A stretch of 63,476 bases of DNA, filler included, from Phoronis australis (taxonomy: Eukaryota; Animalia; Phoronida), in NCBI GenBank assembly GCA_002633005.1. It is 8 parts of 8 records of this genome, joined end to end, with 100 filler letters (N's around TTAATTAATTAA, not from the genome) between each part and the next. Parts side by side here need not be neighbours in the genome. Positions count along the whole stretch, not along the records: positions 42,693 to 50,435 come from NMRA01000760.1; positions 50,536 to 56,076 come from NMRA01002318.1; positions 56,177 to 59,460 come from NMRA01003109.1; positions 59,561 to 63,476 come from NMRA01002776.1; 4 more parts are not named here. One strand, written 5' to 3'. Shown here in pieces: positions 49,664-63,476 of this stretch (the first letter of the stretch is position 1; every line of letters begins with the position of its first letter). The notes under the pieces are model-generated. The model was not told where the DNA came from and made no database searches. It saw only the letters and a list, made by a program, of their open reading frames with translations. The translations under genes were made by a program, and so were the position numbers.

Positions 49664-51053
49664 GACACTAAGTTGGTTCTGTGTGGAGAAGAGTGATTAT
49701 CACATTATCAATGATTTTACAGTGTTGAAACACTGCATCAAATAAGCTACAGTACGGTGCAAATCATGTACATTGAAACTAGTAATTTTCTGAACTGTTT
49801 GTCTTTAGAAATTGAAGTTCTTATTAAAACTCAAGTTAGACTGATTTTTTTTTATTAAAATTCAAGTTAGGCTGGTTTTTCTGAATAGCAATGAAATTTA
49901 ATTCAATTTTTTGACCAATACTGTACCATTCCTGTGTTTATTGTGCTACTGTATAGTTGGCATGTGAGTTGATGATACGCAAAAACTGCAGGAACCGCAT
50001 AACAATGCACTAGATTGATCTCTGAAACTGAATGACAGACACAATATTGTAATGTGCAGCTGTTTTAAAAGTAATAGATCAGAATTATGTGGTGCTTGCT
50101 CAATTGAAAGACTGATGCTTAATTTTCAATTTTCTCTCAGGCTCTTTCTAAATACAAAAGTCAATTGCTTTGACTTGTTTACTCTTCAGTACCTACAGCA
50201 CACATCACGAATTTTTGGCCGACCGGTCGGAAATTGGTCGACGACCGGCCGTCGACCGGTCGTCTAGCCGACCAGCAGCCGGCCAACAACGGTCGGCTAG
50301 GAGCCGTCTGCTTAGTCGCCTCTGTGGTCGGCACTTGGGTCGGCTAATTGGTCGCCTAGCGTAGACGACCAATTCGGATTAAGCGTGTCCTTGGTCGGCA
50401 ATTACCATTTTATGACTTAGCGGGTGAACTTTGGANNNNNNNNNNNNNNNNNNNNNNNNNNNNNNNNNNNNNNNNNNNNTTAATTAATTAANNNNNNNNN
50501 NNNNNNNNNNNNNNNNNNNNNNNNNNNNNNNNNNNCGATTCGCACCCGAAGAAACATCGCCATTTTGAACTTGCCGCGAACCCGGAAGTACAATTTATTC
50601 AGGAACCCCGGTCGAGAAAACGCCGTCAGTGCGACTGGAGCAGTGCCTGTACTGTTACCAGCCAGCAAACGGGGATAAAAAAAATCGACAGCGCGCCTTA
50701 ATTTTGATAAAATCAAACTACAGACAATTTTATGGAATTTGCTGATGAAATGTGGCGAATAAATTTTGACAGAAATTATTTTGCTAGACTCGGGACCGCA
50801 GCCTATCGGACCCGGTGCGGATCGAGACCAGACACTGGCAAACGGTAAATGCATGCGGTTGCAAGCTGTTTTGTCGACGTAAAATGGTCAAATGATAAAT
50901 GCTGCATATATTCAAGGGTAGTTTCAGACACTTGCATGAAATTACGGGCTGGTAGTCCTGTGTCACACTGCCGCGGCAGACCTTAGTTAGCCTCAGTCAC
51001 CAGCTACCAGTGAAGACTATAGTCAAAATACAGCTTGTTAGTAGGACTATACA

Positions 51054-51202
51054 GCCTCCCGTTCAGTAGCGCTGGGACCTCGCTAAGAAGCATTACTTCG
51101 CGAGATTATGTGCGATATTGCCGTGTATTTTAAATGAGAATGACTTTGACTAGGATTTAGCAAGGTCCTAGCGTAGGTCCTAGCGTCTACTGAACGCACG
51201 CC
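51054..51202. mobile_element. Small MITE
   Basis: CGTTCAGTAGCGCTGGGACCT versus AGGTCCTAGCGTCTACTGAACG. Confidence 0.55.
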
Positions 51203-51615
51203 AGCTTTGCGCCAAGACTACCCTTAGGCCTAACTGGTCGCTGGCCACAAACACAAAAAACACGAAAATTGAACAAAGTTTCTTTTTTGTGGCAACGTTT
51301 GTCAAAATGTATCAACGTCTAAATCTTCACAAATTACAAAGTAGCCGATTGAACATGCCTTTCAGTTCAGCAAAAGTCGACATTGTAGGTGCCGCCAGAA
51401 ATGAGACGAAGTCCAACGGGAATTGTGAGCACATTTATCTCTTAATGAGTAACAACTGCGAGGCTGAAATTTGGTGAACACTGTTGAATCGTGCAGAATA
51501 GTGAGTAAAGATATGTCTAATTAAATTTCACCGTAATTTGTGGGAGAAAACAATTTACACGAAGTTTTAAACTCGTAACTTATCCCGCTGTCCTCCAATA
51601 TGGCCGACGCGATCA

Positions 51616-51790
51616 AAACAAAGTGACCCAAATTTCGCCACAAAACTTGCAATAACTTTACAGTGTTGCCCCGATTTTGATACTTTTTCGATTTTTACTA
51701 GATCCAAACAAAGTGACCCAAATTTCGCAACAAAACTTGCAATAACTTTACACTGCTTGCCCCGATTTTGATACTTTTTCGATTTTTACT
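51616..51790. repeat. ~90-bp tandem duplication
   Basis: AAACAAAGTGACCCAAATTTCGC...CGATTTTTACT occurs twice. Confidence 0.85.
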
Positions 51791-54700
51791 GAGTAGAATG
51801 TACTACCTTTCCGATGATAGTAAAGTAATTTTTCAAAACGAGGAAAAAAATAAAACCGAAAAAAATTGGTTCGACCCATATTGGTTCCTAGGTTCGACCC
51901 GCCTACGTAAGGAACTAGACACCAATGCTATTTTAACATACTTATTACGCGTAACAAGTTCCTGAACTGATGAGCCGGAAATGTGGGTACGGAAATAACC
52001 GATGACAACCGGTAATCATACGTTCAGAGAGAAGGGTCAAATACTGTTAAAAAATCGCTTTTGGCAAGAAAGGCGAAAAGAATATAAAGAAAGGGTGTCG
52101 AAAATAAGAATTTATGTAGTAAGTATTTTCGGATACTAGAACCTCATGGGCAGTTAACAACAAGGACTTTAAAACCTAATATTTCTGAGCCATGGCATTT
52201 TGATGGGCATATCAAATGGCAGATGCACTGGGAAAATTTCTACATTTTATGTACAGTAATAACGGATAGATGATGCAACTTTCAACGTTTGTAAAAGACC
52301 GTGTGATCCTGTCCGCCGTGAAACCGGGTTTAACGCTGTGACAGTCTCAACAAGGTAAGAGACAATATATATAAAAGCAACGGGATTTTTCAACTTCAAC
52401 TTGTTCCGATGTCTCATATGATACAACGTCATCAGGACTAGTATTTCCAGGCCATCTACAACCTTCCAGTGACCCACAAGGTGTACAGTATTGCTATCAG
52501 GACCCGTCATAGTAACAAAAACATCAATGGCAACGGTTATGTTTAGAACTCCCATCTGTCAAGACTTCAGATAACATGATCTGAGGAAAGAACAAAATTA
52601 GATTTATCAAGCCACAACAGATTTAAGTGTCTCATGTTATTAAGATGATTTTAAAGATACCATTTCCGCTTAAAATTGCAGTACTTCTAGTTTTGCTGGC
52701 TCAAAAACAAAACTAGAACCAGACCTCTTGCTGTTTTAAATCAGTCTCGTATGATAGGCTTTGTTTTCTGTTACCAGGAATATTACAATTTGGATACAGA
52801 AGAAGCTGTAAGAGATAGATATTAAACTTAGGGCTGTGGCAAAAAAAATGTAGACATGCTGAATTATTGTCCTGATATCATTATTAGCGCCATGCACCTT
52901 CGGAGTTTGTTGTCGAGACTAGGGCTCGCGCTTTGTATCAATTATCTAGCCAGGACAGTAACGTGGTTATAGATTCATGCACCACAAATGCGTCACTTGT
53001 GGCTTAGTGGTGAAACACGAAAGTGTGAGAATCATTCTTTGTGCGGTCGATCCAGGTGGTGTGGCAATGCCACCCGCTAGAAGACTGTTTACGAACAGCA
53101 ACACACTGAGGAAATTATCTCGGGATCTCGAGATCCTGAGATTATTAAAAAAGGAACGCGTGACGTCATCTTTGGGCTAACGTCTACTCGTGCGCAAACA
53201 GCGACTTTATCGGTTCCAGGGCATGTGCACTAGGAAGATTCTATATAATATTCGCAATTGTGTTTTGCTATGAACCCAACTCTTTGGAACACCAAAATAA
53301 CAAAAACTATTCTGATGGAAACGCGCGTGTTCAACTATACATGAATGGACTGAAAGTGCCCTACTAAAAGTGCCGAACTAACCCATGACAGGGTTGCGAA
53401 AATATTACGTGACCTTCAAAAACGCCAATGAATTGTGTATCGCAGTGATAGTATCTAGGTGCACTCGGTGTATAAGTTTCAGTGCAGCAATCGCGCGGCT
53501 AAATAAAAACTAAAACAAAAGTGAGACATTTGATAACACGTTCATGTAAAATGAACATTCGCTTATTAATCTGGTGTGTACTTTCAGAGGCCTTGTATGT
53601 TTAAGACACACTGGTCGTGACTCGGACACCAACGCTCCTCTTGTGCCAGGTATGACCAATTTCCGAACATGCTCCTGCGTACGTGCCTGAAGACCCGTCT
53701 TTCCGTTTTAATTTTCCGCACAGTGCTTGTAATTTTTCCAGTAAAATTGATGCTGTTTGATATGTGCAGTGAACACTACATCTTAGTTGAATGCGAGTTT
53801 TTATTGTTTTGCCGGAGCAGAATCAGGGCAAAACTAGCAAATTAGTGATCAGCCATAGTGCCAGAAAAGAATGTCGGACACTTTCTGTTCTCAATGCTAA
53901 CGAGGAAGATCTCTTTTCTCGCAACTGTGGGGTAGACCTGTGTAGCAAAGCCCATAGGCCTAGCTGCCATGTCAACATTAATGTAATTCTTCCAGTTTGA
54001 TTGACAGTTGACAACAAAAGCCATACTCTTTTTTGTAACTGATCTAATCAGCTGCCTATTAGTTTGATACTGTACTTTCCATTACGAATTCCAGACAGTG
54101 TGGAAAGAAAGTGTACCAATTCTGAATTTCCTTGATAGTGACTGTCCTGTGCCTACTCAACCTGCTAAACTGGGCGAAGCGATATTTATTAGACACTCAA
54201 TACTATATCACGTTATTTGCAATTTTCTGTTAATAATTTGGCAACAAATGTGTAGTCGGCCTCACCAAATTCTTCGGACTTCCCCGAGGTCTGTAACAGC
54301 AAGTTAGCGTTTTATCCTCACACAAGCGACCTTGAAAACTATATTTGTTCTTCACACCTCCCCAACAGGGGTCAGTAGTCTTGATACAGTTTCCTTTCTT
54401 GGCGAGGTGACATTTGTAATTCGCTGAAATGTCAGAGACGTATTAGTACAACCGAGAAGTCGAGTCGCATCCTCCAATAGTTGTCCCTCATATGTTTCAA
54501 TTTTCGTTTCCGCATAAATTGAGAAAAGTAATTTCTAATTTTACACATTGTATGGAACAACTTAAAAAGTAAGATCTACACGAGTTCGCAGGACAATCTC
54601 CTAACGTTCTTTGCTTGTAACAACTGAAACATTGCCGCCGACAGAGTGGCCGATTGGTATACTTTCATCCACTCACGTGCCTACTACTACGTTCTCGACT

Positions 54701-56727
54701 GTTCCACTGCACACTCCAAAGGTCATCCAGTTGAGCCTTGATCATCTTGAACCCGTGACCTGTAGTAATTTCGAAAATATGGTCATTTCCACTGAACGCA
54801 ACACTAAGTGTTGAAATGCCAAAAGTCGATCTTGGCTGCGCGAGACAATTTTAACTTTTGAAAGTGAGCTTGAAAACAACTACTTACCTTGGACAAAGAA
54901 TAGCAGACATGTACCAATAATTGCCACGGCAAAAAATACGTTTGAAACCGACATGACTTCTTCGCTCCACTGATGAACTAAGCAGCCGTGTGGTTTTAGT
55001 TAGTGTAAAATCCCCGTGGCCGTAATGCGCCACCCGGGGGTACACTGCTAGAGCAATGGCAGTCCGTACGCAGCAAGCGTGTTAAGACACATACCAATTT
55101 GAAACAGTGCAAGAGGGCTTTTTCAGTGTGGTTCAATGACCACGGAAATTCACCTTTTTGTAAAGCTTTGTTAGGTAACTGAAAAAACCGGTTTCGTGGG
55201 CTCTCAACATAGTAATCGCCCTAGACTTTATTTTAGTAGCAACTGGCAAAAACAAAGAACTTGAATGGGCATAGGCCTATATATGAACCTTTCAGTTTCG
55301 ATTACCAGTGGCGGATTTAGAGGGGGCCATGGCCCCATTAAAATTCTCTCAGATTGCATTTGGCCGTTCGGGGTTGCGAATGTCTGGCGGCCAAAATCCT
55401 GGCTAATACTCTGCNNNNNNNNNNNNNNNNNNNNNNNAACTCAAATCCTGGATCCGCCCCTGGTTACAACTTCAGTTTCACAAAAAGGACGCCTTGGAAT
55501 TCGAATGGGATCATTCCGTCCCAGAAAGGTGCAGTTAGTTGCCTTCACTGATGAGCCGCGTTTTTGCTCGTACGCACACACAGACGCAGTAACCCCGAGA
55601 ATCCGACAAACCTTGCTTTCGATTATTCAGAGGTCACGTTTGTCGTAATCAGCCAGTTGGATGAACACGAAGTCTTTACAGAGGACTGTGAGTAAAGACA
55701 GATAACGATAAGTCATGTCATATATTTACACACTGCATTGTCTGGCTTTAGCCACAATACTCATTCTGTTCATGCCATCAGATAACTGTGGCCTTTGTTC
55801 TTGGGATAATCGTAGTTATGGATAAGGCATCGATGGATAATCCCAAACAATTGGAATTATCTCCACTCTTAACTATACAGAAGAAATTATGTAGTTTGGT
55901 GGTGTGACATTGGATTTGGCACATTGCTGTCCCTTTATTCTCCAGCATGGAATTCCTTATAACGAGTACATGTACGACAGAAATCGGGACGTAGTCATCC
56001 CGCAAGACGATATTAACAGATGGGAATAATGTATTATTGGTCCTACAGCAGGGCCGTAGGAAGCGGGGGGGCCGGGNNNNNNNNNNNNNNNNNNNNNNNN
56101 NNNNNNNNNNNNNNNNNNNNTTAATTAATTAANNNNNNNNNNNNNNNNNNNNNNNNNNNNNNNNNNNNNNNNNNNNGTCATTGGAATTTCCCGCTGTGTT
56201 TTTACAATATTTCCTTTCGGCTACAACTGTTGCCAGATTATCCTACAAGATTTACAAAAGTTTATGTACTTTCTGACCAAGTGTGACATTGTTGAAAGTC
56301 TTTTCAGAGGTGCGTTCAGTAAGGAGACTTTTTGTAATTAGGCAAGATCAAGCAATTCTTCTGCAAATATATCAAACGGACCATGTGATCTCACCAGCTT
56401 TCTCCTGCACGTGACCAGCTGAGATCGCTGTTCTGTACAGCACACAACCTCAGGTTGCATTGAGCAAGAAAAGTATAGCTGAGTGCCCGAGTCGATCCAA
56501 TCCCTCAGTTCAGCACTCCAACCTCAGACACCAATCACTCGACTAGTGTCCATCAGGATACATGTACGTGTATGGTAGTGAGCTCTCGAGTACAATTACA
56601 ATGTACGAACACTCGCCTTTCATTGGCTTGCTTTTCAGAGATCTTGTTATTTTGAAGACACCCACGGTTTGCTTCCCTCCTGCACGGATCTTAAATGCTT
56701 GAACACTTTTTGCTGTTGATTTACAGA

Positions 56728-59460
56728 ATGTCGACCAGCATGCCCTCGTCAGCTGTTTGTGTGAGCGGATTCAACGAAACGGTTACAGAGGAAGAACTCG
56801 AATTATTCTTCGAAAGCCCGAAAAGGACGGGCGGGCGGGATATTGTGGGGCTCAGAGTGGACAGAACATGCAATGTGGCCATAATCGATTACGGATCGGT
56901 TGAAGGCGAGTATATTTACAATTATAATATTGAAATCTTTTCCAACGCATTTTCGCCTTCTACTACGTCTGACGAAATCGATGTGATTTGAATGTCTGAC
57001 CGGTCAGTTACATACCCCAAGTCTTGGTGATCGACGAAGACGTTAGCGAGTACTACTACCGTCAGAGGCCCTAAAGTCGTGAATGCCCTAAAGTCGTGAA
57101 CGATCTTATTTCCTCTTCTGCGCGGTCCTGCGACATCTGGCGTTGAAGTTTCCAGCGTTAGTCTGCTTACGAACGTCAAACGAATACCCGGACGTGTTCG
57201 TATTCACAATATGATAACAAACCGTGAGTGAGTGGCTTCTTTTTTCAAATGTATCTTAAAAACAGCATATTTCACTAATTCACTTTTTTGGACATTTTTG
57301 GGATATATTTTCGAAAATATTTATCGTTCAGATTTACTCAAACACGCGCTCCAGGGGTAGCTTGAACAANAATGTCCCAGGGTTGATCAAGTTTTGTAAG
57401 GCCAAAACAATAAAATACAGAGCGATAATTGATGCTGGGTTCTTAGCATTTTACGTGAACAACCTCATTGAAAACGTCTGTGCACATCAAAGTTGGGTGC
57501 AAAACTTATATAACAATTTATTTCAATTGAAACTGAATTAATAAACAATGCAATGCACTTTTATGTCATCTAGAGTAACTGTACGCACTGTAGTTGACTT
57601 GTGAGGTCTTACTTTGTGTATTTCCGTCTAACCGAAACGGTCACGACTTTAGGGCCTCATTCAAAATGGCCGCCGATACCAGCGCCCGTTTCAAAACTCT
57701 GCTTACGGAGACAAACAAGGATTAAGATTGTCAAAACACGTATATTTGTGAAGGCTGACATATGTCCATGACATCACATGAGCAGTTGCTAACGGACATT
57801 GGGTAGTATGACAATCGGCACTTATTATGCTTATATTCACGACTTTAGGTCACCGGTGTATATGTTGCAACAAATCTCGTTTTTTTGAAAGGATATTTAC
57901 AAATAGATGTACAACTTCAAAAAAGTACAACTTTTATGTTCCTTAAAATTATGGAAGTTGATTGATTGTTGGTATGAAAGTGCTCTAAACATTTCTCAAT
58001 CATAAGTGTGTCAATAACACACTCTAGTTATTTATTTACAACACGCGCAGTCGTAGCATAAATTCAAATATGTATTTACGCAGGCAGATATGGAAGCAAT
58101 CGGAACTCAAGCGTCATTTTGCGGTAGGCTTACTGCCCTTTGAAAAAAACATCTTAAGAAACTGCACATTTTGTAAATCATCAGATAAAACTAGACTAAT
58201 TTGGTTGTTGAATCTGCACAAAGTGTAGCTTATGAAAGTACTGTAAAATTATGCAAGAGGATTATTTCGGCAAATGTGAATCTGTTGAAGATGGTGAACG
58301 TGGGTCGTGGTCTTAGAATTGTTAAAGTAAATGCTTTCCCTACAATTGCAGTTGCCAGGGCAGTCGCTGAACATCAACAACTGACCCTGAAAGGCTTCCT
58401 TCTGTCAGTCATTCAGTGCAGTCCAAATTATGAAATCAGCTCTTGTGATCCTATGCGAGTTGACGAGACTCAGGACGAGTCGGTAGAGAAGGAAAACCTG
58501 CAAGGAAGCGAAACATCTTACAACGCAACCCAAAGGTTTACTAATGCAGATGTAGAAGGTACATACACTTACATGTAGATATTTGGTTGAATTTCACAAG
58601 CTTCGCTGCCTTTACCTTTGCTAAAATGATATCTTTATATGCAAACCAAAAAATGAGACAAAATTGAGCAAAGCTTTGGACGAAGTTTATATACAAAGAA
58701 TAGAACTTTTCCCATGATAAAATATAGCTATCCATAATGTACACGCTTTTTATGTCTATGAAATTTTCAGCAACTTCTGTTATGGATTGTGAAAGCAAAG
58801 AACACCACACAGAGCAAAGTGAAGTGAAACAGGGCAATGTGTTTGACAGCAATAAGGTTTTCGTCCGAAACATCGCCGAATGTGTCACATACGATGGCTT
58901 GTTGAATTACATGGAAAGCAAATCCAAATGTGAAGTTGACGGGATATGCTTTGGAGCCCATCCTGGCAATGCAATAATTTCCTTCAAAGAGAAACCAGGT
59001 ACATTTGGTGTAACTGTTACCTCGTACTAGACGAATGCTATAGTACTGGAACATAGCCAGGTGCAATAATAAAACATTGATCAACAGCACTGGTCAGCAT
59101 TCAACTTACGTGTATTTGTCTACATTGTACATGAACAAAGTAAATCAACAAACCCAATAGATTAGCTGTGGCACAACTCGCTTAAGGTATAATGCTGAGG
59201 GCTAGTGGAATTTGAAGCCAGATGAGTTACACTTCAATCACTGGGAAACGTTGCCTCTGTTGCGCGCAAAATTCCAGTTCTAAGTTTAACAATAAGATGC
59301 TTCTGGACATTGATCATTGTAGATATCCCAACACTACAGAGCAGGTGTACAACACGACCTCTGGAGGGTTCCACGTTAGATGTCGAGTATGTCAAAAGGT
59401 GTTCTTCTGTTCAAGTACACGACCTACCTGAGAGTTGTACACAAGACGCCCTTTGGAATT
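56728..59460 (+). CDS. PARP14/PARP10-like protein, N-terminal tandem RRM-like repeats, partial
   Basis: Exons 56728-56905 (AVCVSGFNETVTEEELELFFESPKRTGGRDI...), 58352-58558 (VARAVAEHQQLTLKGFLLSV...), 58771-58998 (KVFVRNIAECVTYDGLLNYMES...) and 59323-59460 (SVQVHDLPESCTQDALWN). All junctions are phase 1; the first intron is GC-AG. LELxFESxxRxGG is typical of PARP14-type RRMs. No catalytic domain is in the window. Confidence 0.75.
57059..57858. mobile_element. Non-autonomous DNA element with CCTAAAGTCGTGAA terminal repeats
   Basis: CCCTAAAGTCGTGAA twice at the left end; inverted CACGACTTTAGG at ~57642 and ~57838; TA near both ends. Confidence 0.55.
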
Positions 59461-61741
59461 NNNNNNNNNNNNNNNNNNNNNNNNNNNNNNNNNNNNNNNN
59501 NNNNTTAATTAATTAANNNNNNNNNNNNNNNNNNNNNNNNNNNNNNNNNNNNNNNNNNNNTCTGCGGTAAAAAATGCGTGGAGTGTGGAGTAGACAGAAT
59601 ATTTCGTGGAAAAAGTGAATAAAAGAAATCGTCAAAGTGTTCTCAAACAACAAAAGTCAAGGTTTGCGCTCTGTAAACTTTGACAGAGAACAATTACGCC
59701 GTGCATGGCCGAGTCGCCTTGGAGTCGGAGGACTGACTGAAAATGATGAAGCACTAGAAATAACTATACTTTCTGAAAGGAAATTCAACCGTAACTGGCA
59801 ATTCGTTGGATTGGAATCGTGGGATGTGAGTGATGTAAGAAATCCTTTTTTTTGATCCCACGTGCAAGCCCGTTGGTGTTGGCTGCTAGTAATGCTTGGC
59901 CTGACCGCCTGAGTGCGATTTTCTACGTGCCTCCAAAACAGGATACAAAGCGTTATTTTCATTACTGCAATTGTGTTTTAAATTGCCGTTGATGTAGTCC
60001 AATTTATTTTGACATTTTTTGTGTTCTATTTTGTGACTCGAGTTTTGCAATTCAAGAGAGAAGTGATCACGTGACAGATTCTAAATGATCTGATTGGTCT
60101 AAGCCATTGTTTACAAATTCTGCCAGCCTGTTTTCAGTGTCTTTGTAGTTATTTCTTATGACACATAGTTTCTTCTACACCAGCGTGGCTTATGAACTAT
60201 TAACTCCTGTAATTACTGTTTGAAACTGAAAAGTTTGGCCAACTTAGGATCGTGATTGGTGTATTCTATAGTTCAAAGTATGTTGTTTTTGACTTTCATT
60301 TTTCCATGCTTACAGTTGGGGTATGAGCCACAGATTTTCTTCTTGACTTTTTTCCATTTGCGTTGGAATTAAATATTTTTGTTGGAATTAAATTTGTATG
60401 TATTCAGGCTTTCCAGATAATCTGTGGATCTATTTTTAAATTCTTTTTGTAATTTTGTATTGTAATTATAAGAACTGAAAATAATTTTATAGGTCTCCCT
60501 GCAGCAAATCAAGAATAAGTTCCTGCCACTCACATTGTAAATTTTGCATCATTATCTTTATTATTTTAATTCTAAAAAATATCTTTTGTTGCATCTAATT
60601 GCCTTCATTGTTGTTGCTGAAATAGATGTCAGGTACTGGTTAAGATGAGTGCATTTTGCCAACACGACACAGTTACAGGGCATCTTGTGATAACAATATT
60701 TACTTGCGATCTGTTGAAGTATGGTTCAGATTGAAAATGTGTATTTTGGGCCATAAAAATTTCCTCTTTTTTTGTCATGGGTCATTCCAAGCCCTGTTGT
60801 ACCTTACTGTGGATGATATCAAGGAAAAGGACTTTGTTCCATTTGTCTTCACATACCATCCATCACTCCATGTACTTAACTAAGCTCTGCTTAATTGACG
60901 TCACGTACTTTGGAATATCACTTGGCAACATTTCCAGTACTCTTCCTAGGATTGTGTTTACTAGACAGTCACCAAATATTGGATCTGGACTAGTCTCTTA
61001 ATGGAGAACCTGAGACAATTAGTAAAAGTCGGTATCTAGTGTGCATACCCATCTCCGGTGATATTGTTTAACCATGGCAGGCAAACATGAATGAGAGTTA
61101 ACATACATGTGACAGCAGTGGGGTTGTGTTCCTTATTACCTCTATGCTTTGCCCTGACACATGGTATTTCGGGAGGCCTCTGAGGAATGAACACAGTCAG
61201 GCTATCCGCACTCGCAACTTTGTGGTCCCCATTGGGAGTCATTTCAACTCTTCCAACTATAGACTTGCAAATTTCAGAATTTGGGTGGTTGCTGGGGGTG
61301 CGAGGTCAGACACATTTTTGATTTTAACATTCATATATCCAGCTTAACATAGACGTATAGGCTATATGATTCATTACCTTACATCAGCAGTGTGGCATTT
61401 TCCCTTTAGGTGTCTCACTGATAGTTTCTGCAATGGGTAATATACTGGTGCCTATGTAGTTGGGTTACATATAAACAGCCATGTTATCTAATCTGACTTG
61501 TTCATCATCTGTGGAAGGGCTGGATTGCCCGAAAAGTATGGTGTCTTAAAGTATTTTGATACCATTGTACCAGGGTATCATCTGTGGGTGTTTTTATTAT
61601 TATTTATTTTTTTATTTTTTTGTGCAAAAAACCTCTGCCTTGCGTCGTATTAAATTTTCTCTTCATATCCAGAGTAAAAGTCAAACAGTACTTCCAAACT
61701 TGTTTTTCCTTGGTAGTTAGACAATTTCAGCACTATTACAG

Positions 61742-63138
61742 GTCACTGTGGCCTTATCCCTAATCGACCCTTTGTCCTGCTCATCGCTACCCACGCTGAC
61801 AGAGCAGCTTGTCCCAAGAACAGTGCTGGCGAGTTCGTAAGTGCAGAGAGCACGAGTATGCTGAAAGAACTACGCGAAGCATTCCACGAAGACATGAACA
61901 TCTGTGAGCGGCTATTTGTGATGGATGCACAGAACACCAGCTCGGCAGATGTGAAGGCATTGAAAGCAAGGTTGCTGCAAACCAAGGCTGATATTGTGAA
62001 GGTAGGAAATACCAGTCATGGTATGATTCATACTGGTTATATAGTTAGAGATCATATTTCAGAGTTGATATTATGGACAGATGCCAAGGGTGATATCAGA
62101 TCATATTGTTCGGTCCTCATTGTTTTTATTACACAAAACTCTGACGCGTCTTTCCTCTGATTTTTCGTCTCTTAGATTTTAGCTTTATGGGGTACGATTT
62201 CAATGTCTTGTAGAATGAAATGCACAAATCTCCATACAGTACAATCTTTAATAATTATATTTTTGCGTCAAACTTAGTACCAAAATAATTATGCTCATCA
62301 TGTGTTCCATTTCACCAAATAATTTCTACTTTTCATGGCTTGTCAAGCATCACCTCCATTTTCAGAAGACTGTCGTTTTTTGTTTCTGCCATATTTACAT
62401 GCAGCTTTCCTTTATTACAATGTCCGTCTAGTTTCACAATTAGTTTTTGCATAGTAGTAGCAGTTTCAGCAACTAGAACTAAGTCATATGCAATCAACAG
62501 CCGATATTTACACAAGAGCTGTGTAAATCATTCACAAACACAGAGACGAGGAAGGGAGACTATTGACACCCTTGCCATACACGTCGTTCCCCCCTCATGC
62601 ACTGAAAGTGATTTGTTAATTATGTAATCGTTCCCGTTCAGCAAGACGCAAGATTTTACACTTTGATACATTCTGTTGAGAATTTTATACCATAGATTCC
62701 AAAACTTCACGCTTTGTACTTAAGTTAGCAGACCAACAGATGTTAATATAATGAGAGCTAAGTGAACCCCCAAAACAGTAATGAGAATCGTGGTTAGGAT
62801 CTTGCCTGTGAATCATTGTGTTGTAAACTTTCCAAAAATTAGCAATCCTGTGGCAAAGTTGGTGGCTCCTTGAATTTTGTGTCAAAATTCAACACATAAA
62901 CAACCTTAAATATTGGCGCCTGCTTCTATGCAAAAATCTGTTGTCGCAGGATCTTCCAGTAACTAATGGCCTGCTGGATGCCGTGCTAACCCAAATGTCT
63001 GCTTGGCGCAAATCTCTCTCCGCCTTCCCCGTGTTGTCATGGCGACAGTTCTGCAACCAGGTGAGGTCACATGTCAACCCCCTGGTGAGTGATGAACAAC
63101 TGAAGGATCTGGTCTACTGGCTGCAGTTGGCTGGAGAG
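61742..63138 (+). CDS. DAPK1: Death-associated protein kinase 1-like, ROC-COR region, two exons, partial
   Basis: Exons 61742-62001 (PFVLLIATHADRAACPKNSAGEF...LFVMDAQNTSSADVKALK...) and 62950-63138 (DLPVTNGLLDAVLTQMSAWRK...VNPLVSDEQLKDLVYWLQLAGE) match the DAPK1 VLVATHAD...LFVLDA...NPLASEE...GE pattern; in frame, GT-AG. Confidence 0.85.
62340..62870 (-). mobile_element. Decayed non-LTR (L2/CR1-group) reverse transcriptase fragment in the DAPK intron
   Basis: Frameshifted pieces ANFWKVYNT (D-FxKAYD-like), MYQSVKSCV and LLIAYDLVLVAETATTMQKLI...KLHVNMAETK (YADD region). Confidence 0.65.
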
Positions 63139-63476
63139 GTGAGAATGATATTGATTATCATGGAGGATAAGTAGGCTCTTTGAAAACGAAAGTGTCCTTC
63201 CAGATTCCTTCATTCTGATCCCAGCTGTGACGTTAGATGTCTCATGTGCATGGTTTAAGCAAATGAAAAACACTTTTAGCTGTAGAATAGCACTGTTGTC
63301 TGACTTAAGTAACAGTTATTTAGACAATATTGTATCGAACCACAAACCACTATAATTTCGTTTATTCTCAGTGACCAGATAGAGGCAGAACTCCATTAAA
63401 TAGCAAGGCACAAAAGCGTCGTATTTTGAGGAAAGTTGGATGTTGCCGAGTTCATTCTGTATAACTGCCTGTTTTT

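Noticed and set aside
50190-50400. Dense GGTCG/CGACC palindromic cluster and its Arg/Ser-rich ORFs
   Set aside because: Probably a transposon subterminal region truncated by the scaffold end; boundaries cannot be defined and the ORFs are low-complexity.
55548-55600. CTGATGAG hammerhead-like starts here and at ~51968
   Set aside because: No stem II followed by GAAA in the correct geometry.
1-63476. Most of the short six-frame ORFs supplied
   Set aside because: They are intronic, repeat-derived or antisense shadows; real coding sequence here is split into exons.

Overview
This is animal (probably marine invertebrate) nuclear DNA, not prokaryotic. The window is eight unrelated draft scaffolds joined by seven artificial 100-bp linkers (N44-TTAATTAATTAA-N44), so adjacency across a linker means nothing. 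Spliced genes read by hand: two tandem calcium-binding EGF exons; PSMD7/Rpn8 internal exons; the NASP 5' end head-to-head with a complete BTF3 (NAC beta); a stray PIGW first coding exon inside a duplicated BTF3 segment; REX1BD; the 5' part of FDXACB1 (BMT5/DUF2431-like); a PARP14/PARP10-like RRM gene with a GC-AG intron; and DAPK1-like ROC-COR exons. Non-coding DNA is rich in non-autonomous DNA transposons with readable ends and target-site duplications (TSDs) of 2, 3, 4, 5, 6 and 8 bp. These include a 678-bp foldback palindrome and a Harbinger-like MITE seen in both filled and empty alleles. The best novelty candidate is a ~280-nt, G-U-rich, box C/D-bounded hairpin starting at the BTF3 intron-2 splice donor. 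I found no convincing new multi-gene system. Gene names come from recognising the translated sequences, not from database searches.
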